DNA from: an uncultured Eubacteriales bacterium | GTDB lineage: Bacteria; Bacillota; Clostridia; Lachnospirales; Vallitaleaceae | DNA: 43,410 nucleotides | Assembly: GCA_964546035.1 (NCBI GenBank) | Contig: CAZJIO010000004.1 | Coordinates: forward strand, 21,860 to 65,269 | Reading direction: 5' to 3' | The notes under the pieces: model-generated | Databases searched by the model: none | Told to the model about the DNA's origin: nothing | Seen by the model: the letters and a program-made list of their open reading frames with translations, nothing else | Part shown: positions 18,726-28,755 of the stretch, piece by piece | Layout: the number at the start of each line of letters is the position of its first letter | Numbering within the stretch: the stretch's first letter is position 1 | Program-made: the position numbers and the translations under genes

Positions 18726-19316
18726 GTGAAAAGATTTAACAATCAAAATCCTATGGTTATGAATAATGATACCGGTGATTTTCCTTATGAAGACGCTATG
18801 TCTGCCAATGATGATTTGAACTATTATGAGCCAACTTACCTAACGAGAGGCGTTCAAGAGCCAATGATGGAAGACGAAGATGGCGATAAAAACGATAGAC
18901 AATATATGATCAGCTTATATCCTGAGTTGTCAAAACGGATTCAGTGTCTAATCGAAGATGAATGTAACAAACTGGAATACGAGGGTAGTATGATGTATGA
19001 TGAATACCCTGATAAAAATGAAATCGATAAAATAGTAATGAGAATCTATGTCGTTGTTGAAAAAGAACAAATGATCCCGAAACAAGACATCGAAGGCCAA
19101 CAAGTGATTGTGCCAGGAAGGAATATTTGGTTATGGGATAACGTTCAAGTCCCCTTTTTAAATGAACTATTTTATAGACGAAGACACAGATATCCACGAA
19201 GATCCTTTTATCCATACCAGCCACAGCCTTACCAATATTACAGACCGCGTTATTATCCTTATCAGTATAATCAATTCTACCAACCTTATGTGCCATATAA
19301 CTATAGATACTATTAG
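18726..19316 (+). CDS. Hypothetical protein with an acidic N-terminal half and a Tyr/Pro/Gln/Arg-rich C-terminal tail (possible spore coat protein)
   Basis: GTG start with RBS. C-terminus RRRHRYPRRSFYPYQPQPYQYYRPRYYPYQYNQFYQPYVPYNYRYY. Sits next to the germination-type lipoprotein. Confidence 0.45.
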   Translation: MKRFNNQNPMVMNNDTGDFPYEDAMSANDDLNYYEPTYLTRGVQEPMMEDEDGDKNDRQYMISLYPELSKRIQCLIEDECNKLEYEGSMMYDEYPDKNEIDKIVMRIYVVVEKEQMIPKQDIEGQQVIVPGRNIWLWDNVQVPFLNELFYRRRHRYPRRSFYPYQPQPYQYYRPRYYPYQYNQFYQPYVPYNYRYY

Positions 19317-19325
19317 TGAAATAAT

Positions 19326-19358
19326 AAAGCCCACCAAATCGGTGGGCTTTATTATTTA
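19326..19358 (+). terminator. Rho-independent terminator after the Tyr-rich protein gene
   Basis: AAGCCCACC-aaatc-GGTGGGCTT followed by TATTATTT. A second perfect 10-bp palindrome, GTAGGAAAGT-tct-ACTTTCCTAC, lies at 19363-19385. Confidence 0.55.
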
Positions 19359-19458
19359 TCCAGTAGGAAAGTTCTACTTTCCTACGAAGTAATAAAAAGA
19401 GCGGGATACAAAATTAAGGCATTGATAACGCGCTAACAAGCGCTCTTTTTATTGGAAA

Positions 19459-20736
19459 CTACTTGATGAGATCCATCCCACCCATATAAGGTTGCAGTGC
19501 AACGGGTATACGAACAGTACCGTCTTCATTTAAGTTGTTTTCTAAGAAAGCAATCAGCATTCTAGGTGGGGCTACCACTGTGTTATTTAATGTGTGAGCA
19601 AAATACTTGCCACCATCACCAACAACACGAATTTTCAAACGGCGTGCTTGTGCTTCGCCTAAATTCGAACAGCTGCCTACTTCAAAGTACTTCTTCTGTC
19701 TTGGAGACCACGCTTCTACGTCAATGGATTTTACTTTTAAATCCGCAAGGTCACCAGAGCAACATTCTAGTGTTCGAACGGGTATATCTAAAGAACGGAA
19801 TAAATCAACAGAGGATTGCCACAAGGTATCGAACCATGTCATGCTGTCTTCAGGCTTGCAGACAACAATCATTTCTTGTTTTTCAAATTGATGAATGCGA
19901 TAAACGCCTCTCTCTTCAAGTCCATGTGCGCCTTTTTCCTTTCTGAAACAAGGAGAATAACTGGTTAAGGTGTGTGGAAGAGAAGTTTCTTGCAGGATGG
20001 TATCGATATATTTACCAATCATAGAATGTTCGCTGGTACCGATTAAGTATAAATCTTCACCTTCAATTTTATACATCATAGCATCCATTTCAGCAAAACT
20101 CATAACCCCTGCAACCACATCGCTGCGAATCATAAAAGGGGGTATACAATAAGTAAAGCCTCGGTTAATCATAAAGTCTCTCGCATAGGAAATGACGGCT
20201 GAGTGAAGTCTTGCGATATCACCCATTAGATAGTAGAACCCGTTTCCGGCTACTTTTCGAGCGCTATCTAGGTCAAGGCCATTGAATTTCTCCATAATTT
20301 GGGCATGATAAGGGACTTCAAAGTCAGGTACAAAGGGATCTCCGTAACGTTGTACTTCCACATTATCTGCATCGCCTTTACCAATGGGTACACTGGGATC
20401 GATAATGTTAGGCAGGGTCATCAAGATCTTGGTAACTTTCTCGTCGAGTAGAACTTCATTGGCTTCTAACTCAGCCAAACGTGCTGATTCTTCGGTCACC
20501 TTTTTCTTTAAGGCTTCAGCTTCTTCTTTTTTACCTTGTGCCATTAATCCACCAATTTGCTTGGAAATTTTGTTTCGATCTGCACGTAGGGCATCTGCCT
20601 CTCCCTTTGCATTTCTGCTTTCAAGATCGAGAGCAATGACTTCTTCTACCAAGGGAATTTTGTGCTCCTGGAATTTGTTCTTTATATTTTGTATGACGAT
20701 TTCTGGGTTTTCTCTAACAAATCTGATGCTTAACAT
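19459..20736 (-). CDS. serS: Serine--tRNA ligase
   Basis: N-terminal coiled-coil arm (MLSIRFVRENPE...). Class II aaRS core with TSYSPCFRKE...GVYRIHQFEKQEM and GSCSNLGEAQARRL motifs. RBS GGAGGG. Confidence 0.9.
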   Translation of the reverse strand: MLSIRFVRENPEIVIQNIKNKFQEHKIPLVEEVIALDLESRNAKGEADALRADRNKISKQIGGLMAQGKKEEAEALKKKVTEESARLAELEANEVLLDEKVTKILMTLPNIIDPSVPIGKGDADNVEVQRYGDPFVPDFEVPYHAQIMEKFNGLDLDSARKVAGNGFYYLMGDIARLHSAVISYARDFMINRGFTYCIPPFMIRSDVVAGVMSFAEMDAMMYKIEGEDLYLIGTSEHSMIGKYIDTILQETSLPHTLTSYSPCFRKEKGAHGLEERGVYRIHQFEKQEMIVVCKPEDSMTWFDTLWQSSVDLFRSLDIPVRTLECCSGDLADLKVKSIDVEAWSPRQKKYFEVGSCSNLGEAQARRLKIRVVGDGGKYFAHTLNNTVVAPPRMLIAFLENNLNEDGTVRIPVALQPYMGGMDLIK

Positions 20737-20759
20737 GAATTTTTCCCTCCTAAGGAAAT

Positions 20760-21035
20760 AGTTTTTGGAATAAAAAAAGACTCATCCACCCCATGCGTAA
20801 ATATGGGACGAAGAGACTCCGCGTTGCCACCCAAATTGCTAGTCTATTAAAGCGCTAGCCACTCGAAAAGTAAGATAAAGGTTACAAACCTTCGGTATAA
20901 ACCGACAGCTCCAAAAGTGGACAGACTTACTATTTCGCCAATTCACACCAACCATTGACTCTCTGAAGAAATACATAAATCGTAGCTTTTATCTGCGCTG
21001 ATAAGATATGTTGTTAATTATATACCTATCTCTTC
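20760..21035 (-). promoter_or_regulatory. T-box riboswitch leader upstream of serS (minus strand)
   Basis: Minus-strand sequence AAUUUGGGUGGCAACGCGG (reverse complement of 20823-20841) matches the T-box consensus AAUUAGGGUGGUACCGCGG. A stem-I AGAGA element lies upstream. A U7 tract sits immediately before the serS RBS. Promoter TTGTCA-17-TATAAT on the minus strand at about 21022-21050. Confidence 0.65.
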
Positions 21036-21292
21036 AACTTGACAAGTAGAAAACATGCGTGAAAGGCTCAATTAGCTTAGTCTTTGCGGCATTTTCTAGG
21101 ATTATTCATGAAAAACTAGTAAAGTTAAATAATTATCAAATCCCTCTTGTGATTTTGAATAAAAGTTGATATAATATTGCTTGGTATCATTAATAAGTTA
21201 TGGATTGATTTTTTTAGACAAAACTAACCTTGATTATTTGGGGTAAGATGTTTTTAAAACATAAATCCAAATAAATCAAAGAGGTAAATATA

Positions 21293-21589
21293 ATGGCTGA
21301 TAAAACGATTTCATGTAAGAACTGTAGTACAACATTTGTTTTCACAGAAAATGAGCAAGCTTTCTACAAAGAAAAAGGATTCGAAAATGAACCACAAAAG
21401 TGTCCAGCTTGTAGAGCAGCAAAGAAACAAGAATCAAGAGGCAATAGCAGAGGCGGTTTCGGTAGATCTGAACGCGAAATGTTCCCAGCAATCTGTGCTG
21501 AATGCGGAAAGAAAACAACTGTTCCTTTCAAGCCAAACGGTGAAAAACCAGTTTTCTGTAAAGATTGTTACCAACCAAGCGGTAGATAA
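21293..21589 (+). CDS. Small zinc-ribbon protein (two CxxC...CxxC modules)
   Basis: CKNC..CPAC and CAEC..CKDC pairs in a 98-aa product. Extended -10 promoter TGATATAAT at about 21168-21176. Confidence 0.6.
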   Translation: MADKTISCKNCSTTFVFTENEQAFYKEKGFENEPQKCPACRAAKKQESRGNSRGGFGRSEREMFPAICAECGKKTTVPFKPNGEKPVFCKDCYQPSGR

Positions 21590-21619
21590 TTAATAGAAAC
21601 AATATAAAATGTACCATTT

Positions 21620-21658
21620 TAAACAGCCCCTAAGCTAAGCTTGGGGGCTGTTTTATTT
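21620..21658. terminator. Bidirectional intrinsic terminator between convergent genes
   Basis: 10-bp GC-rich stem AAACAGCCCC/GGGGCTGTTT flanked by A-tract and T-tract. The loop contains an AAGCTTAGCTT palindrome. Confidence 0.7.
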
Positions 21659-21665
21659 GAAAGGT

Positions 21666-24020
21666 TTACTTAACGAATAGAGGGGTTTCGACAGCGTCAA
21701 TCGAATACACCGTATCATCATAGATTTTAGTCGGGAAAGTGACTTCGCTGGTTTTCTTCATATCGATTAAGCTAGTGACCACCATTTTTCCTCCAGATAA
21801 AGAGTAGAGGTAGTCGCCGATATAAACAAGTCTATTAATGTTAAAGTTATAATCATAATACCCGTCACCTGTTAATGTGGTGGCATCTTGATGGGTGAGG
21901 GAACCTTTAAAATCGAAACTATCCTTAGAAATATTGTACACGTACGCTCCGGAAAAGTCAGTGACATAAGGCGTCTTGCCGGAAACTGTAATAGGAAAAG
22001 CCATAATACCTTTACTAAGAGAGATCATGAGCGCTTTGTGATTATTTTGAAGCTCTGAATATGTGCCAGATGTTCCAATGATTTCTTTGTTCTTTTCTAT
22101 AGGATTTGCGGGGTCCGTGACATCGAAGAGTGAAATCTTAAAGCCACCCGTTGTTACACGACCTTCGTTTTCTACAGTGTCAGACCCAAAGCCTAGCACG
22201 TGATTTTCATCTAATAGATGCATGTAAGTAGAGAAGCCTGGTATTTTAAGATATCCCAGTAACTTAGGCGCTGTTGGGTCTTCTGCATCTATAACAAAGA
22301 AGGGGTCTACCTGTTTGAAAGTCACCATATAGATTCGGCTACCAGCAAAACGTGTGCTGTAAATGCGTTCACCGGGAGCTAAATCAGTTAATTTGCCAAT
22401 TTCTTGAAGCTCTGAATTTAAAATATACACATTGTTTTTCGAAATATTGTTGGTATCCCACATTTCACCTGTGGTGGTGGCGATTCGAAGATTGCCTTCA
22501 AAAGCATCGAGGGAAAATTGATTGAGTGCAGATCCGGGTACAGATCCATTGGCTACATAGTTGATTTGACCTGCCTCTAGCTTGAATTTATAAAGGGTCG
22601 TAGATTTGGTGTAGTTAGGCACATAAAGAAGTGCGTTATCCGTCTTCTCATAGTTATAATTCGTAAAGGACAAATAGAGATGATCTGCGGAAGCATAAAC
22701 AATTTCTGCAGAACCTAAGTAGGTTTTGACATCAACTAGGTTGGTGGCTAAATCTATGCCAATGGTTAACATATAATTTGGCGTTACATAGTTAGGAAAA
22801 TAATGGATCTCATCGTATGGAATAACCGTCATTTTGCCTGTGATGTTGTCTGTGTATTTGGGTCTGAAGGAATAATCGTCAAGGTCTTCAGCTGATGACG
22901 AGCGATAGAGGGGCCCTATGTTCCAGTAATTTAGATTCTTGTTGGTAATGACATAAAGCTTATCTTTAATTAATCTGGAGCTGATATAACTGCCCTCGTA
23001 ATCCATGTCTTGAGTCAAAATGGGTTGTGCTGGATTGCTGATGTCATAAATAAGAACGAAGGTATTGATGGTACCGTAGGCGGGGAGTATGCCCTTACTT
23101 GAAGAAGCCGAAAATTCAGCGGGATAAGCATAATTTGACCAACTGGTACCTAGGATCACAAGACGATTGCCTTCAATATACAGATCCGAGACATTTCCGC
23201 GTTGGTCGGGTATATTAATGGTTGAGAGAATTGTAGGCTTCGTTGGAGAAGGATCAATAATGTGAATTCTATTTTGATTGAGACTAAAAATATTTTTGCC
23301 ATTGGTCTTGAGGGTGTCCCCTTCATCAACGCCAATGGTTTGGTTGTTGGTATCTGAGAAATCAGAGGTCGGCTTCTCGGAACTAGCTCCTGAAGCAGTG
23401 TCCGTAGTTGATTCTGAGGCTTTGTTATCAAGGCTGAAAATGGGCGTGCCTGTTGGAGGAAAATTCTGTCCGCTGATATAGGCATTTAACACATTGTTAT
23501 AATGGAGCAATTGGGTAAATGCTTTAGCGCTGCCAAGTGTTGGCAAAGGACTTTTGATATCGGGGGTAGTGGTTTGTGTTGTGATATCAATTCTATAAGT
23601 TTTGGAATTCCACGTTACTTTATGACCGAGTGTTTCTGCAATAAATCGGATGGGTACCAGGGTTCTGTCTCCTTGAAGCTGTGTAGGCGTATCAAGGAAG
23701 TTAATTTGACCATTTACAAGCACGGCTGTGTTGTTGAGTTCAAGTAGTACTTCCATGGATTTGTTTTTTACAATGACTTGATTTGTTGCTTTGTTCCAAT
23801 CTACTGTTGCGCCTAGATTTTCGAACACACCACGCAGTGGCACTAAAGCTCTGTTGTTCACAATTAAAGGTGGGACATCCAGGGTTATTTCCTGACCATC
23901 AATATAAATGGTAGGTGTGGAGCTGGTTCGAGTTGTAGCTGCTTGAAGTTGCGCTTGAGGCAGTGCGAAGGTGCAAAGAAGCAAAATGGCAATTAGGATA
24001 GAAGCAAATGTTTTTTTCAA
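21666..24020 (-). CDS. Secreted protein: copper-amine-oxidase-like N-terminal domains followed by a beta-propeller domain (COG4880-like)
   Basis: Signal peptide. IYIDGQEITLDVPPLIVNNRALVPLRGVFENLGATVDW repeats (Cu_amine_oxidN1-like). Large C-terminal region with propeller-like repeats. Confidence 0.6.
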   Translation of the reverse strand: MKKTFASILIAILLLCTFALPQAQLQAATTRTSSTPTIYIDGQEITLDVPPLIVNNRALVPLRGVFENLGATVDWNKATNQVIVKNKSMEVLLELNNTAVLVNGQINFLDTPTQLQGDRTLVPIRFIAETLGHKVTWNSKTYRIDITTQTTTPDIKSPLPTLGSAKAFTQLLHYNNVLNAYISGQNFPPTGTPIFSLDNKASESTTDTASGASSEKPTSDFSDTNNQTIGVDEGDTLKTNGKNIFSLNQNRIHIIDPSPTKPTILSTINIPDQRGNVSDLYIEGNRLVILGTSWSNYAYPAEFSASSSKGILPAYGTINTFVLIYDISNPAQPILTQDMDYEGSYISSRLIKDKLYVITNKNLNYWNIGPLYRSSSAEDLDDYSFRPKYTDNITGKMTVIPYDEIHYFPNYVTPNYMLTIGIDLATNLVDVKTYLGSAEIVYASADHLYLSFTNYNYEKTDNALLYVPNYTKSTTLYKFKLEAGQINYVANGSVPGSALNQFSLDAFEGNLRIATTTGEMWDTNNISKNNVYILNSELQEIGKLTDLAPGERIYSTRFAGSRIYMVTFKQVDPFFVIDAEDPTAPKLLGYLKIPGFSTYMHLLDENHVLGFGSDTVENEGRVTTGGFKISLFDVTDPANPIEKNKEIIGTSGTYSELQNNHKALMISLSKGIMAFPITVSGKTPYVTDFSGAYVYNISKDSFDFKGSLTHQDATTLTGDGYYDYNFNINRLVYIGDYLYSLSGGKMVVTSLIDMKKTSEVTFPTKIYDDTVYSIDAVETPLFVK

Positions 24021-24119
24021 TTAAAGAACCCCCTTTGATAAAAATATGGATGACTAAGTATAGTATACCTCTTAGACGTCATAATTGGAAAAAAGTTTCG
24101 AATTAGGAAATAAAAAACC

Positions 24120-24149
24120 TTGTCGAAATTTGTTGTATATTGTCGAAAT
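24120..24149 (+). promoter_or_regulatory. Direct repeat TTGTCGAAAT (x2, 20-bp period) overlapping a candidate -35 of the histidine-kinase promoter
   Basis: Two identical 10-mers at 24120-24129 and 24140-24149 in a divergent intergenic region. Confidence 0.3.
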
Positions 24150-24215
24150 GAACCAAATATGATATGCTGGATTTTAGAATGCACAAAGCTTGCTAAAGGA
24201 TCGGGTGGGAGAATC

Positions 24216-27200
24216 ATGGAAGATGTCAAGAGATTAAGAGATGCCAATAAAGAATTAGAATTGAATGTTAAATTGAGAACGATGGAATTAGAGTTAGCCA
24301 ATACAAGGGCAGAAGAGGCCAATGCCGAATTGGAAGAAATGAACGCTGAACTGGAAGAGTTGAATGCAGAACTAGAAGAACTCAATGCGATGCTTCAGGA
24401 TGAAATAATGGAGCGTAAAAAGGCAGAAGAAGGCATTAAGTCTTTAAATGAGGAACTAGAAAATAGAGTGATCGAACGTACTCATCAATTGCAGGAGATG
24501 AATGCATCACTGGAAGAAGAGATTTCTGAACGCATTAGAGCTGAGGATATTCTCCTTCAAGAAAAGATTTTTATTGAGGCTGTATTTGACAGTATTCCAG
24601 GATATCTTTACGTCTATGACGCAGCGGGTAGGCTCGTCAGATGGAATAAGAAACATGAAGAAATGACAGGATATACTTCAGAAGAACTCTCTAAAATGAC
24701 CTTAGCGGATTGGTTTGATGGAGAGGATGCGGTTCGAGTAGCAACAGCTGTAGAAGAGGTTTTTGAAAAAGGTAATGGCGAGGTGGAAGCGCACCTACTC
24801 ATTAAGGGAAATAAAAAAATGCACATCAGATCAACAGGTGTGCGTTTGATTACGGATGAAAAAACCTACTTTGTAGGAATTGGTTTGGATATTACAGAGC
24901 AGAAAAAAATTGAAAAGGCTTTAGTGGAAAGTGAAGCGAGACATAAAGCGATGATCGATCACATCTCTGATGTTATTGGCATTGTTGATGTAGAGGGAAT
25001 CATTCGTTACAATAGTCCTAATATAACAAAATGGTTTGGATGGGAGGCTGAAGAGCTGCTCAATCGGAGTTGTTTTGAAACAACGCATCTGAGGGACCGC
25101 ATCGTTCTTGTAAATGCATGGGCTGAGTTGAGTAAGGAAGCAGATAAAGTGATTACGATAGATTATAAATACCTGTGTAAAGATGGGCACTATAAGAACA
25201 TTGAATTAACCGCTAGAAACATGATTCATAATACGAGTATTAATGGGATATTGGTGAATTTTCATGATGTCACAGAACGTAAGCGTATGGAAGTGCTGTT
25301 GAAAAAGAGTGAAGAACAGTATCGTTTATCCGAAGAGAGTCTTAATAAAGCTCAAAAAGTTGCGCAGATGGGTAATTGGGTTTGGGATGTTGAAAATAAT
25401 GAAGTCACTTGGTCAGAAGGCATGTATCACATATTTGGTATAGAAAAAATGGACGATCAAAGCCGACTAGGCGATATCATCAGTGGGGCGATCCATCCAG
25501 AAGATATCCATATTGTGCTACCTTCGAATGCAGAGGCTTTTGTCGCAGAGAAGCCTCTAGAGTACCGCATCATATGGCCGGATGGTTCAATTCGAAACAT
25601 TTGGACGAGGGCAGGGGATGCTGTTTTAGATGAGTCAGGTAAGGCGCTTTATTTGACGGGAATAGCTCAAGATATCACGGAACGTAAATTGATTGAAGAT
25701 GCAAGATCCCAGGCTGAGGCTGCTAACTACGCTAAAAGTACTTTTTTAGCAAATATGAGTCATGAAATTCGCACGCCAATAAATGCAATCATTGGATTTA
25801 ATTATCTGATTCAGAAAACAACACTTTCTGATCTTCAACGAGACTATGTTGAAAAAACCATACTATCAGCGCAAAATCTGATTGGACTCGTGAATAATGT
25901 CCTCGATTTTTCAAAGATTGAAGCCAATAAAATTGCCCTTGAAGAGAATGTATTTGATTTGTATGAAGTTTTAAATGGCGTTTCTAATATCATCAGTTTT
26001 AATTTATATGAGAAAAATCTAAAACTCCGTTTTTCTATTGAACCGAGTATTCCAAAGTTTGTAAAAGGTGATGCCTTTAGGCTCACTCAAATACTACTTA
26101 ACCTGATTAATAATTCTATCAAATTTACTGAGCAAGGCGAGATTGAGGTTAAATTGAGTATAAAGAGTAAGATAGAAGGGCGGTTGATGGTTGAATTTAT
26201 TGTAAAAGACACTGGCATTGGAATTAGTGAAGAGCAACAAAGGCATCTCTTTGACGCCTTTTCCCAAGGGGACATGTCTACAACGCGTAAGTATGGTGGG
26301 ACAGGGCTGGGACTTTCTATTACAAAAAGTCTCGTTGAGCTAATGGGTGGGACTATTCATCTAAAAAGTGCAGAAGGACAAGGGAGTCAATTTATCTTCA
26401 CAGTTAGATTAGCGTGGAGTGAAGAATTTGAGGTAGATGATTGTCGTTATTCCAGTTTTGAGTTTCTTAAGGTGCTATTGATTTGTGAAGATCAGGAAAT
26501 GGCAGTTATTATGAAGTCTGAGCTAGCCCAATTTGAGGTGACAGTTAAATCTGTTGAGAGTATAGCGAGTGGCATGCAAGCCTTGGCAGCAGTAAATGAC
26601 TATAATTTAGTGCTCATCGACTGGACGCTGTTTTCGAGGGAAGGAATGGGGGGCGTGCATCAAATCATTGATTTGATCTCTTCAACTGCACCCTTTATTA
26701 TGCTTTTAAGCGCTCATAGAGATCATGAACTTGAACTGTTTGGTTATGACACAAACGTTAGAGGTATCTTATATCATCCTATGGGGAAAGCACAACTCTA
26801 TAATAAGTTAATTATTATATTCGCAGAGCGCCTGAAGAATAAAGCCATCAAAAGAAACGAAGTTGTGCTATTAGAGCATGTATTGAAAAACGTTAAAATA
26901 CTCCTTGTAGAAGATAATGAAATCAATCAACAATTAGCTAAAGCTATTTTACAGGAGTATGGAACGCTGGTTAGCATTGCTGAAAATGGACTAATGGCCT
27001 TGGAAATGATTGAAAAAGAAATCTTTGACATCATTTTAATGGATTTGCAGATGCCGGTTATGGATGGGTATGAGGCTGCGAAGATCATTAGAGGGAAAGA
27101 AGCCTATAAAAAAACCCCGATTATAGCCATGTCCGCCCATGCCTTGAAGGGAATCAAAGAAAAGACTTATGAGGCGGGCATGAATGACTACATAGCCAAA

Positions 27201-27269
27201 CCCTTTGAGGTGGCTAAGATGGTTGGTACTTTAATAGAATGGGTCGGCAAAAAAGAGTTAAATCGATAA
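24216..27269 (+). CDS. Hybrid sensor histidine kinase: N-terminal coiled coil, multiple PAS domains, HisKA plus HATPase, two receiver domains
   Basis: H-box ANMSHEIRTPINAIIGF. G-boxes GTGLGLSI. Two REC domains; the terminal one has LLVEDNEINQQLA..DIILMDLQMPVMDG. ATG 24216 has RBS GGGTGGGAG; the track ORF starts upstream at 24120. Confidence 0.8.
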   Translation: MEDVKRLRDANKELELNVKLRTMELELANTRAEEANAELEEMNAELEELNAELEELNAMLQDEIMERKKAEEGIKSLNEELENRVIERTHQLQEMNASLEEEISERIRAEDILLQEKIFIEAVFDSIPGYLYVYDAAGRLVRWNKKHEEMTGYTSEELSKMTLADWFDGEDAVRVATAVEEVFEKGNGEVEAHLLIKGNKKMHIRSTGVRLITDEKTYFVGIGLDITEQKKIEKALVESEARHKAMIDHISDVIGIVDVEGIIRYNSPNITKWFGWEAEELLNRSCFETTHLRDRIVLVNAWAELSKEADKVITIDYKYLCKDGHYKNIELTARNMIHNTSINGILVNFHDVTERKRMEVLLKKSEEQYRLSEESLNKAQKVAQMGNWVWDVENNEVTWSEGMYHIFGIEKMDDQSRLGDIISGAIHPEDIHIVLPSNAEAFVAEKPLEYRIIWPDGSIRNIWTRAGDAVLDESGKALYLTGIAQDITERKLIEDARSQAEAANYAKSTFLANMSHEIRTPINAIIGFNYLIQKTTLSDLQRDYVEKTILSAQNLIGLVNNVLDFSKIEANKIALEENVFDLYEVLNGVSNIISFNLYEKNLKLRFSIEPSIPKFVKGDAFRLTQILLNLINNSIKFTEQGEIEVKLSIKSKIEGRLMVEFIVKDTGIGISEEQQRHLFDAFSQGDMSTTRKYGGTGLGLSITKSLVELMGGTIHLKSAEGQGSQFIFTVRLAWSEEFEVDDCRYSSFEFLKVLLICEDQEMAVIMKSELAQFEVTVKSVESIASGMQALAAVNDYNLVLIDWTLFSREGMGGVHQIIDLISSTAPFIMLLSAHRDHELELFGYDTNVRGILYHPMGKAQLYNKLIIIFAERLKNKAIKRNEVVLLEHVLKNVKILLVEDNEINQQLAKAILQEYGTLVSIAENGLMALEMIEKEIFDIILMDLQMPVMDGYEAAKIIRGKEAYKKTPIIAMSAHALKGIKEKTYEAGMNDYIAKPFEVAKMVGTLIEWVGKKELNR

Positions 27270-27552
27270 ATATGAAATTTGAACCTGGGATAAGCTTCAA
27301 AAAAATTACAAATAACGGTTTTGTACCTAAATTTGAATGCAATTTAATTTGAATGTAAAATAATTATTTTCAGTCAAATTATTGTAAAAAACTCATATAA
27401 TAACGTGCGAAAATTGACTTCAATTTGACTTAGTTCACAATTTGAATTGTTTATTTAAAAAAATTACACAATGCTTTGTTATATATTTAACATCGTGTAG
27501 ATGAAATGACGAAAGAAAATATGCAAGAAGGTAAAATGAAACTTGTAAAAAC

Positions 27553-27581
27553 TTGATTTCTCTATTGACCCGTGATATAAT
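27553..27581 (+). promoter_or_regulatory. nif operon promoter: TTGATT-17-TGaTATAAT (extended -10)
   Basis: Spacing and consensus as read from the sequence; 175 nt upstream of nifH. Confidence 0.5.
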
Positions 27582-27603
27582 CTGTTCATCATCATAAGTT
27601 CAT

Positions 27604-27654
27604 GTAAAGATAACGTGGTCTTTACTACTCAAGCGGTGAGAGCATAGAAGCTCT
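27604..27654 (+). promoter_or_regulatory. ANTAR-type dual-hairpin antiterminator target in the nifH leader (P1 loop AACGUG, P2 loop AUAGAA)
   Basis: P1: GTAAAGAT/GTCTTTAC stem with hexaloop AACGTG. P2: AGAGC/GCTCT stem with hexaloop ATAGAA. Both loops have A at position 1 and G at position 4. The P2 3' arm is shared with the 5' arm of the terminator. Confidence 0.5.
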
Positions 27655-27700
27655 AACAAATCGACATACGTCAAGTGTGGCTATTTGCTAGAGCTTTTTT
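27649..27700 (+). terminator. Intrinsic terminator in the nifH 5' UTR (attenuator)
   Basis: AGCTCTAACAAA ... TTTGCTAGAGCT: 11-bp stem with one mismatch, then TTTTTTGTT, about 55 nt upstream of the nifH start. Confidence 0.6.
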
Positions 27701-27746
27701 GTTATTTCAGAAATTAAAAAAAGTTCTATCACAAATCATTATTTGA

Positions 27747-28580
<834 letters not shown>

Positions 28581-28755
28581 TCATATTAGGTTTGGACGCC
28601 CCATGAAGAGTCTACATTCCAAATTGCATAGGCACCTAAGTGCCTGTATATTTTAACACATGGTGTCGGATTATGCAATGAATAACCGACACATCAAATG
28701 ATCAAAACCAATCTTAAAATAGATGGACAATACCATTATATAGGGAGGCAGTACC

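Noticed and set aside
19566-20152. Plus-strand ORFs (126, 94, 60 aa) inside serS
   Set aside because: Antisense to a highly conserved, well-supported serS reading frame. Shadow ORFs.
20737-20830. A clean terminator helix for the serS T-box expression platform
   Set aside because: Only an imperfect stem (CGTCCCAT/ATGGGGTG) could be drawn between the T-box sequence and the U7 tract. Left as unresolved rather than annotated.
24017-24385. 122-aa Ser-rich ORF on the minus strand (MSSSSSAFNSSSSAF...)
   Set aside because: It is the antisense shadow of the Glu/Leu/Ala coiled-coil repeat region of the histidine kinase gene. No RBS; low-complexity artefact.
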